A stretch of DNA of 64,000 bases. Origin: an uncultured Acidobacteriota bacterium (GTDB taxonomy: Bacteria > Acidobacteriota > Vicinamibacteria > Fen-336). Both the position numbers and the translations under genes were made by a program. Location of the stretch: positions 1,216,001 through 1,280,000 of the forward strand of contig OY970399.1 in the NCBI GenBank assembly GCA_963720545.1. Direction: 5' to 3'. The notes beneath the pieces are model-generated. The model was given only the letters and a program-made list of their open reading frames with translations, did not search any database and had not been told where the DNA came from. Positions 1 through 8,818 of the stretch are shown in pieces; the first letter of the stretch is position 1; each line of letters opens with the position of its first letter.

Positions 1-150
1 CGCCTCGGCGCGCCGCTCGCCGCGACGTCCGCGCGTGAGCTGTTCGCCTCGCTCGCGGCCGCGACTCCGGGATACGCCGGGCTCGACCTCAAGAGCGTCG
101 GCTCCGAAGGCGCAGGGATTTCAGGAGCGGCGACAGGGGCTGCGCGATGA
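1..150 (+). CDS. 3' end of upstream gene, probably NADH-quinone oxidoreductase subunit G (NuoG-like), truncated by the window edge
   Basis: Frame 1 is open: RLGAPLAATSARELFASLAAATPGYAGLDLKSVGSEG...*. TGA 148-150 overlaps the nuoI ATG (ATGA). Resembles molybdopterin-fold NuoG tails. Confidence 0.5.
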   Translation, partial: RLGAPLAATSARELFASLAAATPGYAGLDLKSVGSEGAGISGAATGAAR

Positions 151-758
151 CGAACAACGTCGTGACGGTCAGCCGCGACACCCGGCCCGGCATCTACCCC
201 ATCCTGCTCGGCATGAAGATCACGTTCATGAACATGGTGAAGGTGCTGTTCGCGCGCGGCGCCTCCACCATCCAGTTCCCCGAGCAGAAGCGCAACATCT
301 CCACCCGCTACCGCGGCATCCACATCCTCACCGTGCGCCAGGACGGCACCCCCAAGTGCGTGGCCTGCTACATGTGCGCCACCGTGTGCCCGGCCGAATG
401 CATCTACATCGAGTCCGGCGAGCGCCCGGAGAAGTCGATCGAGAAGTACCCGACGCGCTTCGAGATCGACCTGCTGCGTTGCGTCTATTGCGGTTTCTGC
501 GTCGATGCCTGCCCCGAAGAGGCGATCATCATGAGCCGCGAGAACGACCTCGTCGGCACCTCGCGCGCCGAGCTCATCATCGACCGCGACCGCCTGATGG
601 CGCGCGCCAAGGTCGCCGAGCAGGGCGCCGGCTACCGCCCCGACGAGCACGATTTCCGCCGCCCGGTGCGCATCGCGGCGCTCGAACGCCTGAAGAGCGA
701 GCACGGCATCGTCCCCGGCATGCCGTCATCCCCTCGCGCCGGCGGCGGCTCCCGCTAA
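147..758 (+). CDS. nuoI: NADH-quinone oxidoreductase subunit I
   Basis: TIQFPEQKR..RYRGIHIL; two 4Fe-4S motifs CVACYMCATVCP and CVYCGFCVDACP; FEIDLLRC. Confidence 0.95.
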   Translation: MTNNVVTVSRDTRPGIYPILLGMKITFMNMVKVLFARGASTIQFPEQKRNISTRYRGIHILTVRQDGTPKCVACYMCATVCPAECIYIESGERPEKSIEKYPTRFEIDLLRCVYCGFCVDACPEEAIIMSRENDLVGTSRAELIIDRDRLMARAKVAEQGAGYRPDEHDFRRPVRIAALERLKSEHGIVPGMPSSPRAGGGSR

Positions 759-862
759 AAAAGGTATCATTTGCGCCGTCCGCGCCTGGTTTTGGCGGAT
801 GGGCGGGTCCTGGTCGCGGCGGCCGGGTCGCTTGGCCTTGAAAAGGCGTGGAAACGACCGAA

Positions 863-2854
863 ATGGGACACCGCAACACGATCCTCGGCCTGGGCCTGCT
901 CGCCGCTCTCTCGGCCGGTCCCGGCCGTGTCGCGCAAGCGCACGAAGGTGCGCGCCACAAGGCGGCCCCGGGGCGGGTCGATGCCCATTGGAAGGAAGAC
1001 TTTGGCTTCGCCGGGTTCAAGACACTCGACCGCCAATTGCAGCAGGCGTGGAACGCTTATGGCGGCGCAGCGCCATCGCAGGGCGCTGCAGGCGCATCTC
1101 AATCGCAGGGCTCGGGCAGCGCGGCGAATGCCGTATTTCACCCACCCCGCGCCATCGCCGCCGCGGCGGCGGTAAACGCGCCCGACACCACAGGCTCGTG
1201 GTCGGAGGTCTTCGATTCGCCGGTGGTCGCGGTGCAGGCGACCCTGCTGCAGGACGGCACGCTCCTCATCTGGGACTCGATCGGCGACTCACCCGACGAG
1301 CAGCACCAGGCGCACACGTTCACGCGCGCGGCCATCTGGGACCCGGCCAGCAACACCTTCACGCGGATCGATTCGCACACCGGCTACAACCTGTTCTGCG
1401 CCGGCTTCGCACACCTGCCGAACGGCCGCATCCTCATCGCGGGCGGCAACAAGGACTCGGAACAAAACGGCATCGACACCATCCACATCTACGATCCGGC
1501 AACGCGTACCTGGAGCCTCAGCCCACTGCGCATGGGCGGCGAGCGCTGGTACCCGTCGGTGACGCCGCTCGCGAACGGCGAGTCGCTCATCACCTCCGGC
1601 CGCTACGACACCCCCGAGGTGTTTGCACCCGACGGCAGCCTGCGCGCGCTGACCCGCGCGGTGCTGAAGCAGCCGTTCTATCCGTGGATCCACGCAGCGC
1701 CCGACGGCCGCGCCTTCAACTTCGGCCCCGACGACGCGCTGCGCTACCTCGACACGCGCGGCGCCGGTGGTTGGAGCAGGGTCGGCCCGCGCGGCGATGG
1801 CATCGAGCGCGGCTACGGGTCATTCGGCCTCTACGACGTCGGCCGCGTGCTGGCTGCCGGCGGCGAGAAGTCGGTGCACAGCGCCATGGTCATCGACTTC
1901 GCCGACCCGAACGCGCGGCCGGTCTCGCGCCGCACCGCCGACATGGCGTACGGCCGCCGCCAGCACAACCTCACGGTGCTGCCCGACGGCACCTCGCTCG
2001 TGACCGGCGGCAACTCGAGCGGCGCCATCCTCGTCGACAAGAACGCGCCGGTCTATCCCGCCGAGCTGTGGAATCCGTGGACCGGGAAATGGACCACGAT
2101 GGCGGCCGCGCAGCGCACGCGCCAGTATCACTCGACGGCGATCCTGCTTCCCGACGCGCGCGTCTTTACGGGCGGCGGCGGCATCTGCGGCACCTGCTTC
2201 GAGGCGGGCTATCTCGAGCGCAACTACGAGATCTACAGCCCGCCGTATCTCTTCCGCAAGGATGGCTCGGGCCAGCTCGCCACGCGGCCGTCGATCACGT
2301 CCGTGCCGGCCGGCGTCGCCTACGACGAGGCGTTCCTGGTGGTCACGCCAGACGCCGCGCGCATCGCCGGCGCCGTCATGATGCGCGTGCCTTCGGTCAC
2401 CCATTCGATCGACTTCGAGCAGCGGCGCGTGCCTCTGCGCTACTCGCTCGAGGCGGACGACGCAGGCCTGCGGGTGAGAGCGCCAGCCAATGCCAACGTC
2501 GCGCCGCCCGGCTACTACATGCTGTTCCTGCTGGACGGCAGCGGCGTGCCGTCGGTGGCGAAGATCCTGTTCGTGGCGCCGGGCCAGGGCCTCGCGGCAC
2601 CGATGCTGCTCACCGCCATTCCCAGCCGCAGCGGTGCCAGCCTTTCGTGGATCGGCGCGCCCGGAGCGCGTGGCTACGACGTCTGGTACGGCGCGTCGGC
2701 GAACGTCCTCGACCAGCGCGTCTCGACCAGCAGCACCCGCGCGAGCGTCGGCCGGCTCGCGTCCGGACGCCAATACTTCTTTGCAGTGGTAGCGCGCAAC
2801 GACACCGACGTCTCAGGGCCGTCGAATGTACTGGCCGCGAGTACCTCGCCATGA
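863..2854 (+). CDS. Secreted galactose oxidase-like copper radical oxidase (AA5; Kelch propeller, DUF1929, C-terminal FN3-like domain)
   Basis: Signal peptide; NLFCAG (Cys), RWYPS (Tyr), RQYHS (Tyr/His) and SVTHS (His) motifs; APPGYYMLF; FN3-like tail. Alternative GTG start at 848. Confidence 0.9.
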   Translation: MGHRNTILGLGLLAALSAGPGRVAQAHEGARHKAAPGRVDAHWKEDFGFAGFKTLDRQLQQAWNAYGGAAPSQGAAGASQSQGSGSAANAVFHPPRAIAAAAAVNAPDTTGSWSEVFDSPVVAVQATLLQDGTLLIWDSIGDSPDEQHQAHTFTRAAIWDPASNTFTRIDSHTGYNLFCAGFAHLPNGRILIAGGNKDSEQNGIDTIHIYDPATRTWSLSPLRMGGERWYPSVTPLANGESLITSGRYDTPEVFAPDGSLRALTRAVLKQPFYPWIHAAPDGRAFNFGPDDALRYLDTRGAGGWSRVGPRGDGIERGYGSFGLYDVGRVLAAGGEKSVHSAMVIDFADPNARPVSRRTADMAYGRRQHNLTVLPDGTSLVTGGNSSGAILVDKNAPVYPAELWNPWTGKWTTMAAAQRTRQYHSTAILLPDARVFTGGGGICGTCFEAGYLERNYEIYSPPYLFRKDGSGQLATRPSITSVPAGVAYDEAFLVVTPDAARIAGAVMMRVPSVTHSIDFEQRRVPLRYSLEADDAGLRVRAPANANVAPPGYYMLFLLDGSGVPSVAKILFVAPGQGLAAPMLLTAIPSRSGASLSWIGAPGARGYDVWYGASANVLDQRVSTSSTRASVGRLASGRQYFFAVVARNDTDVSGPSNVLAASTSP

Positions 2855-2890
2855 CCGCGCCTTGACAGCACAGCACCGGGAGAGACATCA

Positions 2891-3256
2891 ATGAGCGACC
2901 GAGTCGTCCTTGCCGAGGACGACGCCCTGACCGCATCCTTGTTGCTTGCCCTGCTCAGGCCGATCACGAGCGATGTCGTGCACGTCACCGACGGCACCGA
3001 AGCGATGGACGCGATCGACGCGCTTCCCGACCTCCTGATCCTCGACCTCAATCTGCCAAACCGCACCGGCCTCGAGGTGCTGCGCACCATGCGCAACCGC
3101 AAGGAGACGGCGAAGATCCCGGTGCTGGTCGTGTCCGCGCACGACCAGGCCGACACCCGGGAACGGGTCGACCGGCACGGCGCCGAGTTCCTGGCTAAGC
3201 CCATCCGGCCCGACACCTTCCAGACCACCGTGCGCCGGCTGCTCGAGAAATCATGA
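2891..3256 (+). CDS. Single-domain response regulator (receiver)
   Basis: LAEDD, ILDLNLP (phospho-Asp), VVSA and LAKP motifs; GGAGA RBS upstream. Confidence 0.93.
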   Translation: MSDRVVLAEDDALTASLLLALLRPITSDVVHVTDGTEAMDAIDALPDLLILDLNLPNRTGLEVLRTMRNRKETAKIPVLVVSAHDQADTRERVDRHGAEFLAKPIRPDTFQTTVRRLLEKS

Positions 3257-4368
3257 CGCTCCCCGACTGGGCCGGACCGTTTTCGGGCGTGCTGCACCCG
3301 CGCGAGGCCGTGGACTGGATCGCTCTCTTCGTGCTGCTCGGCTTTTTCCTGGTGCTTGCCATGAGCCTGGCGCTGCTGGTGCACCATTGGGTGTCGGCGG
3401 CGCGCAAGCGCCGCCGCGCGCAGGCGCTCGCCGACGCCGGTGCGCTCATCACGCGCGCGCTGCCCGACGGCATGGACAGCCTGCGCGCGGCGGCCGGCAC
3501 CGCCAACGCCTCGATCGGCGCAGGCGCCACCGGCCAGGTGTTGCGCGAGCTGCGGCTGCTGGTCGTCGGCCCGACCCGCGAGAGCCTCACGGCGCTGCTC
3601 GAAGCGAGCGGCGAGCTGGCACGCATGGAGCGCGCGGCGCATTCCTGGCGCGCCTGGAGGCGGGTGCAGGCGGCCAAGGACCTCGGCGATTCCGGCGGCC
3701 GCCGCGCGCTGCTGGCGCTGCGCGGGCTGCTGCAAGACCGCGACGCGGCGGTGCGCGCCGCGGCGCGCGAGGCGCTCGCCGGCCACGAGGACGGCGCCGC
3801 CGATGCGCTCGCGTCCTTCATCGCCGACCCGGCGCGGCCGCGCGCGCACCATTCGTCGGTGATCGCCAAGATCTCGCGGGTCTCCGCCTCGGTGCTGCGC
3901 GAGGAGCTGGCAACCGGACGCGCCGATGCCCACCTGCTGCTCGTCGGCCTCGCGGCGCTCGGCGACGTGCGCGATGGCCGCAGCGCCGACCTGGCGCGGG
4001 CGTCGGCGCACTCGCCCGATCCCGACCTGCGCGCCTTGTCGCTGCGTATGCTCGGCCAGCTGCGCGCCGCGGGCGCGGAGCAGGCGCTGCTCGCGGGGCT
4101 GAAGGACGCCACCTGGTTCGTGCGCGCCGCCGCGGCGCGTGCGCTCGGCGCCTTTCCGGCGAACGAGCGGCTCATCGCGGCGCTGGGCGGCGCCCTCCAC
4201 GATCCGGCCTGGTGGGTGCGGCAGAACGCCGCAAGTGCCCTCGCCCGGCATCCCGCGGCGCATGCGCGGCTGCGCGAGGCCGCCGCCGGCACCACCGATC
4301 CCTACGCCCGCGACGCGGCCGAGACGGCGCTCCTCAACGCCTCGCTCGAGGAGGTGCTCGCCTCATGA
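3253..4368 (+). CDS. Membrane-anchored HEAT-repeat protein
   Basis: N-terminal TM helix; HEAT-like repeats LLQDRDAAVRAAAREAL, LKDATWFVRAAAARALG, LHDPAWWVRQNAASAL; ATGA overlaps on both sides. Confidence 0.85.
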   Translation: MTLPDWAGPFSGVLHPREAVDWIALFVLLGFFLVLAMSLALLVHHWVSAARKRRRAQALADAGALITRALPDGMDSLRAAAGTANASIGAGATGQVLRELRLLVVGPTRESLTALLEASGELARMERAAHSWRAWRRVQAAKDLGDSGGRRALLALRGLLQDRDAAVRAAAREALAGHEDGAADALASFIADPARPRAHHSSVIAKISRVSASVLREELATGRADAHLLLVGLAALGDVRDGRSADLARASAHSPDPDLRALSLRMLGQLRAAGAEQALLAGLKDATWFVRAAAARALGAFPANERLIAALGGALHDPAWWVRQNAASALARHPAAHARLREAAAGTTDPYARDAAETALLNASLEEVLAS

Positions 4369-5834
4369 CGTTGACCGTCGCCGGCCTGCAGTGGCTCGAG
4401 CGCGCCATCCTCGTGTACTTCGCGCTGATGAACTCGGCCTACCTGATCTTCTCGGTGGTGGCGGCGTTCGCGCTCATCGCGCACCAGCGCCGGGTGCGCA
4501 GCCGCGCCGCCGACGTCAACGCTTTTGGCGAGGCGGCGTTCCGGCCGATCTCGGTGATCGTGCCGGCGCGCAACGAGGAAGCAACGATCGCCGCCAACGT
4601 GCGCGCGCTCCTGACCATGCGCTATCCGGAGTTCGAGATCGTTGTGGTGAGCGACGGCTCGACCGACCACACGCTGCAGGTACTGCGCGATGCCTTCGAC
4701 CTGGTGCCGGCGCCGCAGGCGACGCGCCGCCAGCTCGAGACGAACCCGATCCGCCTCACCTACGTGTCGCGCGACCACATGAACCTGCGCGTCATCGACA
4801 AGGTTGGCGGCGGCAAGAGCGATGCCCTCAACGCCGGCCTGAACGCCGCCAAGTACCCATTTGTCTGCAACATCGACGCCGACTCGCTGCTCGAGCCCGA
4901 CGCGCTGCTGCGGGTCGCGCGCATCCTGGGTGAGGACGAGGACGTGGACGCGGTCGGCGGCATCATCCGCGTGCTGAACGGCTCGACGGTGAAGGACGGC
5001 CGGGTGGTGGACGTCTCGACCGAGCCGAAGCCGATCGTCCTGTGCCAGACGCTCGAGTACCTGCGCGGGTTCCTCGCCGGGCGCACCGCGCTGGGCGCCG
5101 CCAACTCCCTGCTCATCATCTCCGGCGCCTTCGGCGTGTTCCGCAAGAAGGCGCTGTTCGAGGCTGGCGGCTACAGCGTCGGCACCGTGTGCGAGGACAT
5201 GGAGCTGATCGTGCGCCTGCATCGCACCGCGCGCGAGGGACGCAAGGGCGGCAAGATCCTGTTCGTGCCCGATCCCGTGTGCTGGACCCAGGTACCGACC
5301 GACTGGCGCTTCCTGCTGGCGCAGCGCGACCGCTGGCAACGCGGTCTCATCGAAAGCCTGTGGATGCACCGCGCGATGTTCATGAACCCGCGCTACGGTG
5401 CCGTTGGCCTGTTCGGCGTGCCGTTCTTCGTGTTCTTCGAGGCGTTCGGCCCGGTGATCGAGGCGTTCGGCTACGTGCTGGTGCCGGTGCTCTGGTTCAT
5501 GGGGCTGCTGAGCGTGCCGTTCGCCACCTTGTTCGTGATCCTCGCCATCCTCTACGGCACCCTGATCTCTTTGTGCGCTCTGGTGCTCGACGACCTGCTG
5601 TTCCGCCGCTACGAGCGGCCGCGCGACATCGGCCGCCTGATCGCCGCGGCGTTCCTCGAATACCTCGGCTACCGCCAGGTGCTGGCGCTGCGCCGCGCGG
5701 CCTCCTTCATCTCGGTGTTCGTGAAGCGCGGCTGGGGCCACACCAAGCGCCAGGCCATCGCCCACGGCGAACGCACGGCGCCCGCGAACGGGGGTCCGGC
5801 GGCCCCGGCCAAGCTCGAGGACGACGCAACATGA
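4365..5834 (+). CDS. Processive family 2 glycosyltransferase (PgaC/NodC/cellulose-synthase-like)
   Basis: PARNE, DGSTD, GGKSDALN, IDADS, TVCED and QRDRW (QxxRW); N- and C-terminal TM helices. True start is ATG 4365 inside the listed ORF 3387..5834. Confidence 0.92.
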   Translation: MTLTVAGLQWLERAILVYFALMNSAYLIFSVVAAFALIAHQRRVRSRAADVNAFGEAAFRPISVIVPARNEEATIAANVRALLTMRYPEFEIVVVSDGSTDHTLQVLRDAFDLVPAPQATRRQLETNPIRLTYVSRDHMNLRVIDKVGGGKSDALNAGLNAAKYPFVCNIDADSLLEPDALLRVARILGEDEDVDAVGGIIRVLNGSTVKDGRVVDVSTEPKPIVLCQTLEYLRGFLAGRTALGAANSLLIISGAFGVFRKKALFEAGGYSVGTVCEDMELIVRLHRTAREGRKGGKILFVPDPVCWTQVPTDWRFLLAQRDRWQRGLIESLWMHRAMFMNPRYGAVGLFGVPFFVFFEAFGPVIEAFGYVLVPVLWFMGLLSVPFATLFVILAILYGTLISLCALVLDDLLFRRYERPRDIGRLIAAAFLEYLGYRQVLALRRAASFISVFVKRGWGHTKRQAIAHGERTAPANGGPAAPAKLEDDAT

Positions 5835-7534
5835 AGCGGCAGCTTCTCGCCCTGGCACTCGCGTGCGCCGCTGCCTGCCTGCCGGCGGCCGCGGTGCTGG
5901 CCGACGACGACGCGCAACTGGCGCAAGCCTTGAGCCTGCGCGACAGCGGCGACGTGAAAGGCGCGATCAGGATCTACCGCACGCTCCTCGACGGCGAGCG
6001 CAGCGAACGCGCGCGCAACGGCCTCGCCATCGCACTCTCATGGGACGGCAAGAACGACGAGGCGCTCGACAACTACCGGATCCTGGCTGGCGCGAAGGAC
6101 GTCGAGGTGAGCCTCATCGGCCGGCGCGGCGTGGTGCGGGTGCTCGGCTGGCAGAAGCGCTACGGCGCCTCGGCCAAGGAAGCGCACGCGATCCTCGCCG
6201 ACCATCCGGACGACCGCGACACGCTGCTGCTGCTCGGCGCCGTCGAGGGCTGGCGCAACCACCGCGTGCAGTCGCTCGCGGCCTACGACCAGCTGCTGAA
6301 GGAGGAACCGCACGACGTCGATGCCCTCATCGGCCGCGCCAAGACGCTCGCCTGGACCGGCCGCTTCCGCGAGTCGCGCCAGGCCTACGAAACGCTGCTC
6401 GCGCAGGACCCGCAGCACGTCGAGGCGCTCGTCGGCCTCACCTACGTGGAGATGTGGACCGCCAACCTGCCGCGTGCGCAGGAGGTGTTCGAACGGCTCG
6501 GCGTTTCCGACCGCGACCGCCGCGACGTGCGCATCGTCGCGGCAGCGCTGCTGCGCGCCCGGCTCGAGAACCCGCGCTACCAGGAGAGCCTGGCCGGCCT
6601 GCGCGACTCCTTCCCCGGCGACCCCGACGTGCGCCGCATGGTGCACCAGTCGCGCATCGACCGCGGCCTCGCCCTCGACGCAGGCGGCGCCTATTCGAAG
6701 ACGAGCGAAGACCTGGAAACGCGCACAGCGGCTGGACGACTATTGCTGCCGCTGGGCCACGGCGGCTTCGCGAGCGCCGGCGCCGCACACACGAGCCTCG
6801 AGACGCCATTCGACAGCGCCGACGTGGACAGTTGGCGCCTCGGCGCGCGCATCGACGGCGTGCGCCGTTTCCTCTTCGATCTCGGCGCCGGGCGCAAGAC
6901 CGCGGAGCCGGACCGGGGCGGCGGCACGTTCGACGTGGGCGCAGGCTGGCGCGCGTCCGACCGCCTCAACCTCGCCGCTTCCTATGAGCGCGACTTTGCC
7001 TTTTACACGCCGACCGCGGTGGACCGTGACGTGCGCTACCACGGTCCCGTGCTGTCGCTGTTGTGGACGCCGCGCGCCGCGATCGCCTTGACCGCATCGG
7101 TGTCGCGCACCACTTTCGAGCCGAGCGGCGCATTGCCGCACCACCGCAAGGCCGCGAATGCCGAGCTGCGCTTCACCGCGGCCGAGCATCCCGTATGGCT
7201 GGAACTGGGGGTGCGCGGCCGCGCCTTCAACTTCGACCGGACCTACGGCGATGTTGGTTACTGGAATCCGCTGCGGATGCGCGAAGGAATGATCGTGGCG
7301 GCGCTGGTGCGCGACAAGGGCGAGATGTTCCGCGGCCGCCTCGACGGCGGCTTCGGCGTGATCCACGCAACCGACATCGGCACTCGCGCCACCGGCTTCA
7401 TCCGCTTCGAGTTCGCGCGCGCCCTCAGCGAGCACATCGACCTCGCCGGCTGGGCCGGCTACTATCGGGTGTCGCAGGAAACCGGGTTCTATGACGAGCG
7501 CACGGCGCGCCTCGGGCTCGTCATCCACCCGTAG
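5831..7534 (+). CDS. TPR-repeat protein with probable C-terminal outer-membrane beta-barrel (PgaA/YaiO-like exporter)
   Basis: Signal peptide MKRQLLALALA; TPR-like repeats (LSWDGK, VLGWQKRY, TLAWTGRF); C-terminal half of alternating amphipathic strands. Confidence 0.75.
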   Translation: MKRQLLALALACAAACLPAAAVLADDDAQLAQALSLRDSGDVKGAIRIYRTLLDGERSERARNGLAIALSWDGKNDEALDNYRILAGAKDVEVSLIGRRGVVRVLGWQKRYGASAKEAHAILADHPDDRDTLLLLGAVEGWRNHRVQSLAAYDQLLKEEPHDVDALIGRAKTLAWTGRFRESRQAYETLLAQDPQHVEALVGLTYVEMWTANLPRAQEVFERLGVSDRDRRDVRIVAAALLRARLENPRYQESLAGLRDSFPGDPDVRRMVHQSRIDRGLALDAGGAYSKTSEDLETRTAAGRLLLPLGHGGFASAGAAHTSLETPFDSADVDSWRLGARIDGVRRFLFDLGAGRKTAEPDRGGGTFDVGAGWRASDRLNLAASYERDFAFYTPTAVDRDVRYHGPVLSLLWTPRAAIALTASVSRTTFEPSGALPHHRKAANAELRFTAAEHPVWLELGVRGRAFNFDRTYGDVGYWNPLRMREGMIVAALVRDKGEMFRGRLDGGFGVIHATDIGTRATGFIRFEFARALSEHIDLAGWAGYYRVSQETGFYDERTARLGLVIHP

Positions 7535-8818
7535 CGCGCGGGGGCAGGCGCCGCGTGCGGTCCGCGAACAGCACGGTGCCGATCGCGAGCATTACCAGCA
7601 GCATCCACGCCTGGCGCAGCGGCCGCGTCCACAGCATGTAGGCGCAGAAGCCGAACGCCAGCGTCACGACGAGCGGCGCCAGCGGCAGGCGGAACGCCGG
7701 CGCGCGTTCCGGCCACTTCTGGCGCAGGCGCAGGACCGCGATCGCGACGAGCGCGTAGGTCACGAGCCGCACGATGGCTGAGAGCACCGCGTTGCTCGCG
7801 AAGCTGCCGAACAGCGAGAACGCGAGCGAGGCCGCGGCGAACAGCAGGATCGCGACGTACGGGGTGCGGAAGCGCGCGTGCACGCGGCCGAAGAACGGCG
7901 ACAGGTCGCCTTCTTCCGACATCGAATAGAGGGTGCGCGGCGACGTGAGCAAGGCGCCGGTGGCCCAGCCGTAGACCGAGACCATCGCTGCGATGCTCGC
8001 GAACGCGATGCCGGCAGGGCCGAGCACCACCGCCATGGCTGCCGCGATCGGCGCCTTCTCGGCGCCCACCCGCGGCACGATGCCCACCACCGCCAGCTGC
8101 ACCAGCGTGTAGACGATGCCGATCGCGAGCAGCCCGGCGAGCAGCGCGAAGGCGGAATCCTTGCGCGGGTTCTTCGCCTCGCTCGCCGGCACCAGCGCCG
8201 ACTCGAAGCCGCCGAAAGCAAAGATCAGCAGCAGCACCGCCTGCTGCCAGTCGGGGTGCGCCACCGCCTGGCTTGCGAGCACCTCGCGGCTGATGCGCGG
8301 CAGCGCCAGCAGCACGAGGAACGCGAGCGGCAGCAGCTTGGCGATGACGAAGAAATCGACGGTCCACGCCGCGCGCTTGACGCCGGCGACGTTGACGGCG
8401 GTGACGATGGCGAGCACCACCACCATCACCACGGCGCGCCCGGCGCCGGCGCCGGCACGCGGCACGATCTGCGCGAGGTAGTCGACGAAGACGTTGAGGT
8501 TCGCGGCCACCGAGGTGACGCGGATCCAGAAGGACAGCCATCCCGCCTGGAAGCCGACGAACCCGCCGAACGCCTCGCGCGCGTAGAGGTAGACGCCGCC
8601 CGGCTTTCGAAGCGGCTTGCGACCTCGCTGAAGCAGAACACGATCGTCAGGATGGCGGTGCCCGCGACCACGTAGACGAGCGGGCTCCACACACCGGTGA
8701 GGGCGGCGATGGTCGCCGGCATGCCGAAGATCGAGCTGCCGACGACCGAGTTGACGACCGAGGCGGTGAGGTCGGTGCGGGTGATCGCCCGAACGAGGTC
8801 CGTTCGGGCCGGCTTCAC
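7521..8818 (-). pseudogene. APC-family amino acid permease with one frameshift near 8605 (probably sequencing error)
   Basis: N-part VVNSVVGSSIFGMP..FSEVASRFE in one frame; PGGVYLYAREAFG..FAFGGFE..EAKNP in another. One extra A in GAAAGCCG restores the frame. Confidence 0.85.

Noticed and set aside
8590..8620. Programmed frameshift in the APC permease
   Set aside because: No convincing slippery heptamer; a one-base homopolymer loss is simpler.
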